Positions 9,094 through 18,254 of a DNA stretch of 64,000 nt are shown piece by piece. The DNA is from Candidatus Tectimicrobiota bacterium (GTDB lineage Bacteria > UBA8248). Location of the stretch: the NCBI GenBank assembly GCA_016192135.1, contig JACPUR010000014.1, forward strand, positions 10,909 to 74,908, in the 5' to 3' direction. Under the pieces are notes generated by a model, which was not told where the DNA came from, searched no databases, and saw only the letters and a program-made list of their open reading frames with translations. The position numbers and the translations under genes were made by a program. Position 1 is the first letter of the stretch, and every line of letters begins with the position of its first letter.

Positions 9094-9267
9094 CCCCGTT
9101 TCCCGTCCCGGGCGGCCACTTCCCTCATGCGGGCCAGGATAGCGGGTCAAGTCCGCCCCTCCAACTCCATGGGACATCGGATTGACGGCGGGGCGCCGGA
9201 GCGCCAAATTCCCTGCGGGCCGCCAGTGGCATAGAATGATCCCCTTCCCTCCCCCTGGAGAGCCCTC

Positions 9268-9795
9268 ATGTATACCGCCCCGGACGTCGTCGCCAAGACC
9301 CTGGAGCTCAACTCCAACCTCGTCCGCATGGCCCTCGAAGGCCTGAGCGACGAGGAGTTCCTCCAGCAGCCCAAGGCGGACTGCAACCCCATCGCCTGGC
9401 TCCTCTGGCACATGACCCGCGTCGAGGACTCCATCCTCTCCCGCTTCAGCGGCGAGCCCCAGGTCTGGATCGAGGGGGGCTGGCACGAGCGCATCCAGGC
9501 ACCCGGCGGCGCCGAGGACGCCGGCATGGGGAACAAGATGGAGCAGGTCTGCGCCTTCCGGGCCGGGAAGGAAGACCTCCTCGCCTACGCCGAGGCCGTG
9601 CGCCAAAACACCCAGGACATCCTCCCCGCCATCTCCACCGAGATGCTCACGGCGAAGGTGGAGAACCCGCCCTCCCCCGCCGTCCAGCGGCAGGGCGATT
9701 TCCTCAGCATCCTGCTCACCGACTACTCCCACCACGCGGGCCAGATCTGCTACCTCCGCGGCTACATCAAGGGGGCCGGCTGGCTGCCGTTCTAG
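9268..9795 (+). CDS. DinB family protein
   Basis: 175 aa with the DinB/DinB_2 four-helix pattern (WLLWHMTRVED… and …DYSHHAGQICYLRGY). Confidence 0.8.
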   Translation: MYTAPDVVAKTLELNSNLVRMALEGLSDEEFLQQPKADCNPIAWLLWHMTRVEDSILSRFSGEPQVWIEGGWHERIQAPGGAEDAGMGNKMEQVCAFRAGKEDLLAYAEAVRQNTQDILPAISTEMLTAKVENPPSPAVQRQGDFLSILLTDYSHHAGQICYLRGYIKGAGWLPF

Positions 9796-9846
9796 CGGAA
9801 GGCCCCGGCTCTAGCGGAAGGCCCCGGCGGCGCCTGGATTTTCCCC

Positions 9847-9891
9847 CTTGACGGAACGCATTGGCCGCCTTATTATTAACCAAGTGGTTAA
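9847..9891 (+). promoter_or_regulatory. sigma70-like promoter (TTGACG-17-TATTAT) overlapping a perfect palindrome TTAACCAAGTGGTTAA
   Basis: Read directly: TTGACG at 9847-9852, TATTAT at 9870-9875, 16-nt palindrome at 9876-9891. Located upstream of the second DinB gene and the ArsR operon. Confidence 0.45.
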
Positions 9892-9929
9892 ATATCATCG
9901 GCCCCCCCCTTGAGACAGGAGACGCGCCC

Positions 9930-10457
9930 ATGAACGCCGCGGACCTCATCGCCAAGACCCTTGAGCTGAACAGCCAGGCCCTCGTGAGCAAGGCCCTCGA
10001 CGGCCTCACCGACGAGGACCTCCTCAAGCAGCCCGGCAAGGACTCCAACCCCACCGGCTGGCTCCTCTGGCACATGACCCGCACCGAGGACGGCCTCATC
10101 GCCCAGCTCGCCGGCAAGCCCCAGGTCTGGGCCGGGGACGGATGGGAGAAGCGCATTCCCCTCCCGGCCGGCACCAACGACAGCGGCTTCGGGCACACCA
10201 TGGAGCAGGTGCGGGCCTTCCGGGCCAAGAAACAGGATCTCCTCGACTACGCCCAGGCGGTGCGGAAGAACACCCTCGCCCTCCTGCCCTCCGTCCCCCC
10301 CGAGGCCTTCGACCGGAAGCTGGAGAGCCCGCCCAACCCGGCCGTCCAGACGGCGGGGGACTTCATGGCCGTCCTGCTCCTCGACTACTCCCACCACGCC
10401 GGCCAGATCTGCTACCTCCGGGGCCACTTCAAGGGCCACGGCTGGCTCGGGTTCTGA
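9930..10457 (+). CDS. DinB family protein (paralog)
   Basis: Collinear with 9268-9795 (WLLWHMTRTED… and DYSHHAGQICYLRGH). ATG 9930 is preceded by AGGAGA. Confidence 0.8.
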   Translation: MNAADLIAKTLELNSQALVSKALDGLTDEDLLKQPGKDSNPTGWLLWHMTRTEDGLIAQLAGKPQVWAGDGWEKRIPLPAGTNDSGFGHTMEQVRAFRAKKQDLLDYAQAVRKNTLALLPSVPPEAFDRKLESPPNPAVQTAGDFMAVLLLDYSHHAGQICYLRGHFKGHGWLGF

Positions 10458-10475
10458 CCGATCGCAGGAGAGCCC

Positions 10476-10886
10476 ATGCCCCCCGCCCTCGACCGCACCT
10501 TCGCCGCCCTGGCCGACCCCACCCGGCGGGCCATCCTCGCCCGCCTCGCCCAGGGGGAGGCCAGCGTCACCGCGCTCGCCGCCCCCTTCCGCATGTCGCT
10601 CCCGGCCGTCTCGAAGCACCTGCGGGTGCTCGAGCGGGCGGGGCTCGTGGGGCGCAGCCGGGAGGGCCGGGTCCACCGCCTGCGCCTGGAGGCCTCGCCC
10701 CTGCGCGAGGCGGAGGCGTGGATCGCCCGCTACCGCCGCTTCTGGGAGGCGCAGTTCGACGCCCTCGCCCGCTACCTGGAGGAGACGGCGGAGGAGCCTC
10801 ATGCGCCGGAGCCCCCATTTGAGCCCAAGCCGCCCTCCGCCCCCTCGCCGCCCGCCGGGGGAAAGCGCCGGCGGAGGCGCGGATAA
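10476..10886 (+). CDS. ArsR/SmtB family transcriptional regulator
   Basis: [50 protein letters not shown] is a classic ArsR winged-HTH. Confidence 0.9.
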   Translation: MPPALDRTFAALADPTRRAILARLAQGEASVTALAAPFRMSLPAVSKHLRVLERAGLVGRSREGRVHRLRLEASPLREAEAWIARYRRFWEAQFDALARYLEETAEEPHAPEPPFEPKPPSAPSPPAGGKRRRRRG

Positions 10887-10904
10887 GGAAGAAGGAGACA
10901 ATCC

Positions 10905-11630
10905 ATGAAAACGATCGAGACGGCGGCGCACAGGGCCGTGTCGCGGGAGGCGTGGCTCGAAGCGCGCAGGGCGCTCCTGGACAAGGAGAAGGATTTGACC
11001 CGCCGGCGCGACGAATTGAGCCGGCGGAGGCGCGAGCTGCCCTGGGTCAGGGTGGACAAGAATTACATCTTCGACGCGCCGGATGGGAAGAAATCCCTGG
11101 CCGATCTCTTCGGGGGCAAGAGCCAGATCATGATCTACCACTTCATGTTCGGGCCGGACTGGGAGGAGGGCTGCCGCAGCTGCTCGTTCCTGTCCGATCA
11201 TATCGACGGCGCCAACCGGCACCTCCCGCACCGCGGCGTGCGCCTGCTGGCGGCCTCCCGCGCCCCCCTGGCCAAGATCGAGAGGTTCAAGAAACGCATG
11301 GGCTGGCGCTTCGAGTGGGTTTCATCCCTCGGCAGCGACTTCAACTTCGACTACGGCGTGTCGTTCGCGAAAGAAGATGTGGCGAAGGACCAGGTGAACT
11401 ACAACTACGCGGTCTCGACCGCGCACGGCAGCGAGGAACTCCCCGGGCTGAGCGCGTTCTATAAGGACCCGGCCGGCGCCGTCTTCCATACCTATTCCGC
11501 CTACGCGCGCGGGCTCGACATGCTCATCGGCGCGTACAACTTCCTCGACCTGGCGCCGATGGGCCGGGACGAGGAGGGCTTTTCTTTCACCATGGAGTGG
11601 GTGCGTCACCACGACCGGTACGGAGCGTAG
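10905..11630 (+). CDS. DUF899 thioredoxin-like family protein
   Basis: 241 aa with SREAWLEARRALLDKEKDLTRRRDELSRRRRELPW… and …CRSCSF, typical of DUF899. Confidence 0.8.
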   Translation: MKTIETAAHRAVSREAWLEARRALLDKEKDLTRRRDELSRRRRELPWVRVDKNYIFDAPDGKKSLADLFGGKSQIMIYHFMFGPDWEEGCRSCSFLSDHIDGANRHLPHRGVRLLAASRAPLAKIERFKKRMGWRFEWVSSLGSDFNFDYGVSFAKEDVAKDQVNYNYAVSTAHGSEELPGLSAFYKDPAGAVFHTYSAYARGLDMLIGAYNFLDLAPMGRDEEGFSFTMEWVRHHDRYGA

Positions 11631-11690
11631 AGGAGAGCGTCCCGCCCGGGGGCGAAGCCCGGGCCGCCGCCCGCCCGAAGGAGAACGCCC

Positions 11691-12140
11691 ATGCCCGCCT
11701 CCCCGGCCGGCATCCACCTCCGGCTCACGCGGACCTTCGAGGCGCCGCGCGAAAAAGTCTTCCGCGCCTGGACCGACCCGGAGGCGCTGAAGCGCTGGTG
11801 GGGACCCGCCGACTTCGACTGCATCGAGGCCCAGAGCGACCCGCGCCCGGGGGGCCGCTACCGCATCACCGTCCGGGAGAGGGAGAAGGGCGAGGTCTAC
11901 ACCGTCCTCGGCGAGTACCGGGAGGTCGAGCCCCCCGCCCGCCTTGTCTACACCTGGCGCTGGGGGCACTGGGACGCGGCCGCGGAGGAGAGCCTCGTCA
12001 CCGTCGAGTTTCACGCGCGGGGCGCCTCCACCGAGCTCACCCTCGTCCACGAGCGCTTCCCGGACGAGGGCACGCGCGACCAGCACAGCCAGGGCTGGGC
12101 GAGCACCCTCGGCTGCCTGGCGGAATACCTGGGCGGATGA
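11691..12140 (+). CDS. SRPBCC (AHSA1/START-like) domain protein
   Basis: LTRTFEAPREKVFRAWTDPEALKRWWGP… signature. Confidence 0.85.
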   Translation: MPASPAGIHLRLTRTFEAPREKVFRAWTDPEALKRWWGPADFDCIEAQSDPRPGGRYRITVREREKGEVYTVLGEYREVEPPARLVYTWRWGHWDAAAEESLVTVEFHARGASTELTLVHERFPDEGTRDQHSQGWASTLGCLAEYLGG

Positions 12141-12179
12141 CCTCGGGCCGGACATGACGCCGACCCCCAGAGGAGGAGC

Positions 12180-12644
12180 TTGATCGTGCCCGCTCTCCCG
12201 GCCCGCGCCCTCCACACCCTGCGCCTCGTCCGCACCTTCGAGGCGCCGCGCGAGAGGGTCTTCCGCGCCTGGACCGACCCCGAGGCGCTGAAGGAGTGGT
12301 ACGGGCCGGACGGGTGGTCCACCCCCAGCGCGGAGGTGGACCTCCGGGCGGGAGGCGGCTACCGGATCACCATGAAGGGCCCGGAAGGCGAGGAGATCCG
12401 CCTGAGCGGGACCTTCCGGGAGGTCCGGCCGCCGGAGCGGCTCGTCTACACCTGGAATTGGGAGAAATTCCACCTCGACCTCGGCGGCTTGGGGGAAACG
12501 CTGGTCACGGTTGAATTTCACGAGCGGGGCGGCGCCACGGAGCTGATCCTCACGCACGAGCGGTTCCCCCGCGCCGAAACCCGCGATCTGCACGGGGGGG
12601 GCTGGGCGAGCACCCTCGATTGCCTGGCGGAATACCTGGGCTGA
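12180..12644 (+). CDS. SRPBCC (AHSA1-like) domain protein, paralog 2
   Basis: LVRTFEAPRERVFRAWTDPEALKEWYGP… Non-ATG start (TTG 12180 or GTG 12186) after GAGGAGG. Confidence 0.8.
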   Translation: MIVPALPARALHTLRLVRTFEAPRERVFRAWTDPEALKEWYGPDGWSTPSAEVDLRAGGGYRITMKGPEGEEIRLSGTFREVRPPERLVYTWNWEKFHLDLGGLGETLVTVEFHERGGATELILTHERFPRAETRDLHGGGWASTLDCLAEYLG

Positions 12645-12670
12645 GCCTTCCACGGGAAAGGAGTCTCCGC

Positions 12671-13108
12671 ATGATCGATCGCCGCTTCCTCACCATCGCG
12701 CTGGGCTACGTCGCGGTCACCTTCGTCCTCGCCGTCCTCTGGCACCTGGTGCTGTTCAAGGGCGTCTACGACGCGCTCGGCTACGTGGGGCGCAAGGAGC
12801 CGATCTTCGCCCTGGGCCTCCTCTCCATGGTGGTGCAGGGGGCGGCGCTGGGCGGGCTCTTCCCGCGCTTCGCGCGGGGCGGGGACCCCTACCGGGAGGG
12901 GCTCCGCTTCAGCCTGGCGATGGGGGCCTTCTTCTGGAGCTGCCACGTCCTCGCGGCGGCGGCGAAGAACCCCATCTCCCCGATCCCGACCTTCGTGGCC
13001 ATCGAGACGGCCTATCTCCTGATCCAGTTCACCCTGGCGGGCCTGATCATCGGGTGGGCCCACCGGCCCGGCACGGCCCCCGCCGCGCGCTTCGCCGCCA
13101 AGGCGTGA
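12671..13108 (+). CDS. small integral membrane protein
   Basis: About 145 aa with 4 hydrophobic segments. ATG 12671 follows AAGGAG. Embedded between SRPBCC paralogs. Confidence 0.6.
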   Translation: MIDRRFLTIALGYVAVTFVLAVLWHLVLFKGVYDALGYVGRKEPIFALGLLSMVVQGAALGGLFPRFARGGDPYREGLRFSLAMGAFFWSCHVLAAAAKNPISPIPTFVAIETAYLLIQFTLAGLIIGWAHRPGTAPAARFAAKA

Positions 13109-13133
13109 GAGACTCGAAAAAAAAGGAGGCCCC

Positions 13134-13583
13134 ATGTCCATCCCCCAGACCCAGCCCCTCCACACCCTGCGCCTCACCCGCGTCTTCAACGCCCCCCGCG
13201 AGCGGGTCTGGCGCGCCTGGACCGACCCGGAGCAGATAAAGCACTGGTGGGGGCCCAAGGGCTTCACCGCCCCCAGCATCGAGATGGACCTCCGGCCGGG
13301 CGGCCGCTACCGAATCGCCATGCGCCCGCCCGAGGGGGAAATTTTTCACCTGAACGGGGTCTTCCAGGAGGTCCTCCCGCCCGAGCGGCTGGTCTACACC
13401 TTCCAGTGGGAGAAGCCCGGCTGGGACTACCCCGAGACCCTGGTGACGGCCGAGTTCCGGGACCTGGGCGGCCGGACCGAGCTCGTCCTCATCCACGAGC
13501 GGTTCCCCGAGGAGAAGATGCGGAACGATCACGAGGGCGGCTGGACGGGCACCCTCGACCGCCTGGCGGAGCTGCTGGGCTGA
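13134..13583 (+). CDS. SRPBCC (AHSA1-like) domain protein, paralog 3
   Basis: LTRVFNAPRERVWRAWTDPEQIKHWWGP…. Confidence 0.85.
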   Translation: MSIPQTQPLHTLRLTRVFNAPRERVWRAWTDPEQIKHWWGPKGFTAPSIEMDLRPGGRYRIAMRPPEGEIFHLNGVFQEVLPPERLVYTFQWEKPGWDYPETLVTAEFRDLGGRTELVLIHERFPEEKMRNDHEGGWTGTLDRLAELLG

Positions 13584-13603
13584 GCAGGGGGTGTTCCCGC
13601 TCC

Positions 13604-13747
13604 GTAGGGGCAGGCCCCTCCGCCCCGCGCGACACGTCGCGCGGGGGCCCCAAATTCGACGCCTGCCCCGGGCGGCCATGGCCGGTCGCCCCTGCGGACG
13701 TACACGGCCCCGGTTTCCGTAGGGGCGTATGGCAATACGCCCCTGCC
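13604..13747. repeat. cluster of family-A palindromic (REP-like) units
   Basis: GTAGGGGCAGGCCCCTCCGCCCC…, GGCGGCCATGGCCGGTCGCCCCTGCGG and GTAGGGGCGTATGGCAATACGCCCCTGC. Confidence 0.6.
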
Positions 13748-13796
13748 CAAGACGGTGAAGGAGATCGGCGGCGGGTTTCCGCACGGAGGTGTCCAC

Positions 13797-14123
13797 ATGG
13801 CCTATGACGAGAAGCTGGCCGCGCGCGTCCGCCGGGCGCTCGCGGGGCGCAGGGGCATCGAGGAGAAGAAGATGTTCGGGGGCCTGACCTTCATGCTCCG
13901 GGGCCACATGTGCTGCGGGGTGCTGAAGGACGACCTCATCCTGCGGGTGGGGCCCGGGCGGGCGGCCCGGGCGCTGCGCTCGCCCCACGCCCGGCCCTTC
14001 GACTTCACGGGCAGGCCCATGACGGGCATCGTCGCGGTCGCCCCTTCCGGCTGCCGCGCCGCCGCCCTCAGGCGCTGGCTGGCGCTCGCCGAGGACTTCG
14101 CCTCTTCCCTGCCCCCGAAGTGA
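13797..14123 (+). CDS. TfoX/Sxy N-terminal domain-like protein
   Basis: MAYDEKLAARVRRAL…EKKMFGGLTFMLRGHMCCGV…DLILRV pattern. ATG 13797 follows GGAGG. Confidence 0.65.
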   Translation: MAYDEKLAARVRRALAGRRGIEEKKMFGGLTFMLRGHMCCGVLKDDLILRVGPGRAARALRSPHARPFDFTGRPMTGIVAVAPSGCRAAALRRWLALAEDFASSLPPK

Positions 14124-15030
14124 CCGGCCCGGACGAGGATTCCGAAGCCACCCCCCCTTGCCCCCCCTTGTGCAAGGGGGGGGTGGGGGGGTCAGGCTCC
14201 GCCGGAGGGCCGGCCGCCGCGCCGCCGCCCGTTCCCTCCGCAGGGACGGGTGCCGAATCCGCTCCCGCGTCTTCCGGGGCGCCCGTTCTCCCGCCGTCAT
14301 TCCGGGCGGGCGAGGAATCTGCTTTTACGCATGAAGCGGAATCCGAAGCAGATTCCTCGGGCCTCCGGCCCTCGGAATGACAAGCACAATCCGCCGCGCC
14401 CCGATCCGCCGGGCCTGCCCCGCCTTCCGGGGAGGGACCGGATGCCGTCTCCTCCTCCTCCCCCAGCGCTTCCTGGACCTGGGCCCAGAGCCCGGGGCGC
14501 CGCTTGAGGGCGGCCTCGAGCTCGCCCAGGGCCCGGCTCCGGGCCCGGGCCTCCATGTTCTCCCGCCGGAGGCGGAGGCTCTCCTGCTGGGCGGCCGCCC
14601 GGGCCAGCGCGGCCGCCACCCGGCAGAGCCGCTCGGCCGGGAGGTCCTCGAAGGCCAGGTCGTCCAGCTCGGCCGCCGCCTCGAGCGCCTGGGCCTGGAG
14701 CATCTGGAGGGCGAGCGTCCCGAGGCCCCCCTCCCCCGCCCGCCCGGCCAGCTCCCGGGCCAGGAGCTCCAGCGCGCGGGCGTGCCGGGCCCGGGCCTGG
14801 AGGGCGCCGTAGTGGTGGCTCATCGCGCCCAGGCTGATTTTTTCGCCTGTAATATCGTGAAATATCGTAGACGCCTCCCGCAGCGACCCCCCTTTCAGGA
14901 GGCATTCGTCCACCGCCTGCGCCGCCCGGCTGCGCTCCACCTTCGTCGCCCTCCGCTTGCGGCGGGCCTCCTCGGCGTCGGCCTCCCGCGCCGCCCGGTG
15001 AATCGTCTCGATGATGTCCCGGCTGACCAT
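14068..15030 (-). CDS. hypothetical protein (Ala/Arg/Glu-rich helical; possibly phage-derived)
   Basis: 320-aa ORF. The N-terminal roughly 200 aa look coding. The C-terminal third runs through repeat elements and overlaps the convergent TfoX-like gene, so the true end is uncertain. Confidence 0.4.
   Translation of the reverse strand: MVSRDIIETIHRAAREADAEEARRKRRATKVERSRAAQAVDECLLKGGSLREASTIFHDITGEKISLGAMSHHYGALQARARHARALELLARELAGRAGEGGLGTLALQMLQAQALEAAAELDDLAFEDLPAERLCRVAAALARAAAQQESLRLRRENMEARARSRALGELEAALKRRPGLWAQVQEALGEEEETASGPSPEGGAGPADRGAADCACHSEGRRPEESASDSASCVKADSSPARNDGGRTGAPEDAGADSAPVPAEGTGGGAAAGPPAEPDPPTPPLHKGGQGGVASESSSGPVTSGAGKRRSPRRAPASA
14296..14381. repeat. family-B inverted-repeat element (GTCATTCCG…CGGAATGAC)
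   Basis: Terminal inverted repeats plus an internal GAATCTGCTT…AAGCAGATTC hairpin. Confidence 0.6.
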
Positions 15031-15257
15031 GGCCCTCCTCCTCTCGCGGGCGCGATGGCCCGCTCCGGGAGCAATCTAGGGCGCGGGCGGGGAAGGCCCG
15101 TTACCGCAAATCGCGCCAATTTCGCGCACCTTCATGCACCGGGGGATTTTTTTCGAGGGGTGGTGAAGCGAGTCGGTTCCGGGTATTATTTGAATTTGAG
15201 GCGAGCGAACGATGCGCCTGAAAGAGGCCCCTGCTGCCGGACACCCGGAGGGTAGCC

Positions 15258-15737
15258 GTGACATTGCAAGCTTATATGTTGCCCGGCCTTGCGAGCCTCT
15301 TGCACCTGGAGGGTGAAGGCATCAGCAGGCTTGCCGAGCAATACAGGGAAGGATTGGAAGCCGGACATGGCGTGCGCCAAGTGGCTTGGCGCGTTCAAAA
15401 TGGAATCGCGAAGGCGCTCGTCGCGCATCGGATGGCGCTGGAACTGGAAGAAGACGTCCATGGTGCCGTCAATGAGTACCCGAAAGACCAATGGCTCGAA
15501 ATGAAAGGTGAAATGGACGGCGTTATCGCGCTGGTCTGCCAGAACGAGAAGGAACTAATCCGAACGGCCGAAGAAATTTCCAAAAGGGGGCAAAAGGTCG
15601 CAGGCTTGGAGGAGCTGAAGAAAAGGCACGCGGAACTGATTCATCAGATGAACTGGGATTACACATCCGAGGCGTTCCAGAAAATCATCCGACAAGCGGA
15701 GGAAGACGCCAAGGCGGGACACGTCTTGGAAGATTGA
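15258..15737 (+). CDS. hypothetical helical protein, candidate (atypical) antitoxin
   Basis: 159-aa ORF in a low-GC islet with a GTG start after GGAGGG. Its stop overlaps the ATG of the downstream RelE/ParE-like gene (TGATG). Confidence 0.45.
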   Translation: MTLQAYMLPGLASLLHLEGEGISRLAEQYREGLEAGHGVRQVAWRVQNGIAKALVAHRMALELEEDVHGAVNEYPKDQWLEMKGEMDGVIALVCQNEKELIRTAEEISKRGQKVAGLEELKKRHAELIHQMNWDYTSEAFQKIIRQAEEDAKAGHVLED

Positions 15738-16036
15738 TGCGCTCAATCCGCTCGCGCAGATATAAAGCATTCCTGGACAGGTTGCCCGCAAGAATTCAGA
15801 AGGCCGCCTCAGAAAAATTTAAAATCTTCACAGAAAATCCCTTCGACAGCCGGCTGGATCGCAAACCGATTGAACAGCTCAAACATCTGGGAACGTATAT
15901 TGAGGTGGAAATAACGGGAAGAAGATACCGTGCGGTGGCCCGCGTCACCAAGGAAAACAACGAGGATGTGTACTATTGGATTTTCATAGGCACACATTCG
16001 GATTTCGACAGGTTTGCGCAAACCTATTCTGGCTAG
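15737..16036 (+). CDS. RelE/ParE superfamily toxin-like protein
   Basis: About 99 aa. …FKIFTENPFDSRLDRKPI…YRAVARVTKENNEDVYYWIFIGTHSDFDRF matches the RelE/HigB-type C-terminal pattern (yR…W.GTH.eYD). Confidence 0.6.
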   Translation: MRSIRSRRYKAFLDRLPARIQKAASEKFKIFTENPFDSRLDRKPIEQLKHLGTYIEVEITGRRYRAVARVTKENNEDVYYWIFIGTHSDFDRFAQTYSG

Positions 16037-16114
16037 GCCCCCCTCGCCCCCTCCCCCGCTCTGTGCCAGAATGCCCCCGGGCCCCCGTCATCCCCCGCGC
16101 TTGAGGACGCCCGC

Positions 16115-17884
16115 ATGGCCTTCCGCCACCGCCTGCCCGACGGACGCGAGTACATCTGCCACAGGCCCCAGGTCGCGGGCCGCCGCGCCATGGTGGCCTC
16201 GGGCCACCATCTCGCCACCCAGGCCGGGCTCAGGGTCCTCGACCGGGGCGGCAACGCCGTGGACGCGGGTGTGGCGGCGGGGCTGTGCATGAGCGTGCTG
16301 CTGACCGACATGATCTCCTTCCTGGGGGTGGCCCCCATCATCCTCTACCTGGCGAAGGAGCGCCGCGTCGTGACCATCAGCGGCCTGGGGCGCTGGCCCC
16401 GGGCGGTTTCCATCCAATGGTTCCGGGAGAAGTGGGGGGGCGAGATCCCGCCCGGCGTCGCCCGCTGCTTGGTGCCCGCGGCGGCGGACGCCTGGCTCAC
16501 GGCGCTGGAAAAATACGGGACCATGCGCTTCGCGGACGTGGCGGCGGACGCCATCGAGCTGGCGGGCCGGGGCTTCCCCATGCACCACTTCATGCACGAG
16601 CACATCGCCGGGGCGCGGGAGAATTATCACCGCTTCCCGGAGAACCGCCCCGTCTACTTCCCGGACGGCGATCTCGTGCCGGTGGGGGCGCCCGTCCTGC
16701 ACCGCGACCTGGCCGGGACCTACGAGCGCATGGCGCGGGCGGAGGCGAAGGCCTCCTCGCGCCCGGCCGGGGTCCGCGCCGCCCGGGACGAGATCTACAA
16801 GGGGGAGACGGCGCGCCGCATCGTGGACTTCATCCAGAAGAACGGGGGCGCCATGACGCTGGAGGACCTGGCCGGGTTCCACGTGGGGGAGGAGCCGCCC
16901 GTGGTCTCGTCCTACAAGGGGCACGAAATCCACGCCTGCGGCCCCTGGTGCCAGGGGCTCACACTCCCCCAGGCACTCAACCTCCTGGAGCGGGTGGACC
17001 TCCGGGCGCTGGGCCACAACCGCCCGGCCAGCCTCCACGCGCTCTTCTCCGCCTTCGACCTCACCTTCGCCGACCGCCACGCCTTCCTCGGGGACCCCGA
17101 GTTCGTGGAGGTGCCGGCGGAGGGCCTCCTCTCCAAGGGCTACGCCGCCGAGCGGGCGAAGCTCATGGAGCGGGCGGAGGCCTTCGGGGGGATGCCCCCG
17201 GCGGGGGACCCCTGGGCCTTCCAGAAGGGCCAGAAGGGGAACGGGCGGCGGGCCGCTGACTTCAACTTAAAAGAGACGGCGGGGGCGGGCGCCTTCGAGC
17301 AGGACACCTCCTTCTGCACCGCCGTGGACGCCGAGGGCAACGCCTTCGCCGCCACCCCCTCGGACGGGAGCGGGGACGTGCCCATCTTCCCGGGCGTGGG
17401 GGCCTCGGTCTCGGGGCGGGGCTCCCAGAGCTGGCTGGACGAGGCGCACCCGAGCTCGGTCCAGCCCTGGAAGCGCCCCCGCCTCACCCCCGCCCCGGCC
17501 CTCGTCCTGAAAGACGGAGAGTTCTACATGACCCTCGGCACCCCGGGCGGGGACGTGCAGCCCCAGGCCATGGCCCAGGTCTTCCTCAACATCGCCGAGT
17601 TCGGGATGGCCCCCCAGATGGCGGTCGAGGCCCCCCGCGGCGCCACCTTCAACTTCCCCAACTCCTTCTGGCCCCACGAGTACAAGCCGGGCCGGGCCGT
17701 GGTGGAGCAGAGCATCGAGCGCGAGGCCGGGGCGGAGCTCCGGGAGCGGGGCTACAAGCTCGACACGTGGCCCGACTTCGGCTGGCGCCCCGGGAGCGTC
17801 TGCTGCATCCTCCGCGACCCCAAGACGGGATTCTTGCTGGGCGGGGCGGACCCCAGAAGGGAATCGTACGCGGCGGGGTGGTAG
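16115..17884 (+). CDS. gamma-glutamyltransferase family protein
   Basis: 589 aa with MVASGHHLATQAGLRVLDRGGNAVDAGVAAG…, an autoprocessing-type Thr region (QDTSFCTAVD) and a C-terminal GGADPRRESYAAGW. Confidence 0.9.
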   Translation: MAFRHRLPDGREYICHRPQVAGRRAMVASGHHLATQAGLRVLDRGGNAVDAGVAAGLCMSVLLTDMISFLGVAPIILYLAKERRVVTISGLGRWPRAVSIQWFREKWGGEIPPGVARCLVPAAADAWLTALEKYGTMRFADVAADAIELAGRGFPMHHFMHEHIAGARENYHRFPENRPVYFPDGDLVPVGAPVLHRDLAGTYERMARAEAKASSRPAGVRAARDEIYKGETARRIVDFIQKNGGAMTLEDLAGFHVGEEPPVVSSYKGHEIHACGPWCQGLTLPQALNLLERVDLRALGHNRPASLHALFSAFDLTFADRHAFLGDPEFVEVPAEGLLSKGYAAERAKLMERAEAFGGMPPAGDPWAFQKGQKGNGRRAADFNLKETAGAGAFEQDTSFCTAVDAEGNAFAATPSDGSGDVPIFPGVGASVSGRGSQSWLDEAHPSSVQPWKRPRLTPAPALVLKDGEFYMTLGTPGGDVQPQAMAQVFLNIAEFGMAPQMAVEAPRGATFNFPNSFWPHEYKPGRAVVEQSIEREAGAELRERGYKLDTWPDFGWRPGSVCCILRDPKTGFLLGGADPRRESYAAGW

Positions 17885-17989
17885 GGGGGGAGATTATCGA
17901 AAGCACAAAGAAAAGGCTGGCCTTCAAAGTATTTAAAATCAGTAGGTTATAGTTTCAAGTGGAAGTTTTTTTGCACAACGCATATAGTA

Positions 17990-18254
17990 TCTTTGACAGG
18001 TGGAGAGGCACGCGGTTATCCGCGTACTGTCAGCCATGCGATCCATTAGGATCGCGCTTCCGGAGGGAAGCTAGAGGGATTGAACGTTGCCCGAACTTGT
18101 TCGTCCCGTCGCAGAGGATGAACGAGAGGGCTATCTCTCGACACCCTGCTAGCCAGGGAAGGAACTGTACGGGATAGATGGGGTCCCAAGGCAGTTCCGT
18201 GGCCAATGCCTCTCATACGGGGAAGCGACCCTCATCCTCTCGCTTCCCTTTTTT
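17990..18254 (+). ncRNA. unclassified structured RNA ending in an intrinsic terminator
   Basis: Closing helix GAGAGGCA (18003-18010) / TGCCTCTC (18207-18214) encloses six perfect hairpins at 18010-18025, 18038-18055, 18056-18071, 18123-18140, 18144-18158 and 18161-18198. It is followed by the terminator GGGAAGCGA-11nt-TCGCTTCCC-T6 (18220-18254). The 5' end is not determined. Confidence 0.45.

Noticed and set aside
17990-18254. Identity of the structured RNA as RNase P RNA, tmRNA, SRP/4.5S RNA, 6S RNA, a group II intron domain or a retron msr/msd.
   Set aside because: It lacks the GGAAAGUCCGGGC-type P4 motif, a tRNA-like end or tag ORF, a GGAA-tetraloop SRP domain IV, and domain V-like sequence. 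There is no reverse transcriptase nearby. It remains unclassified and needs an Rfam scan.
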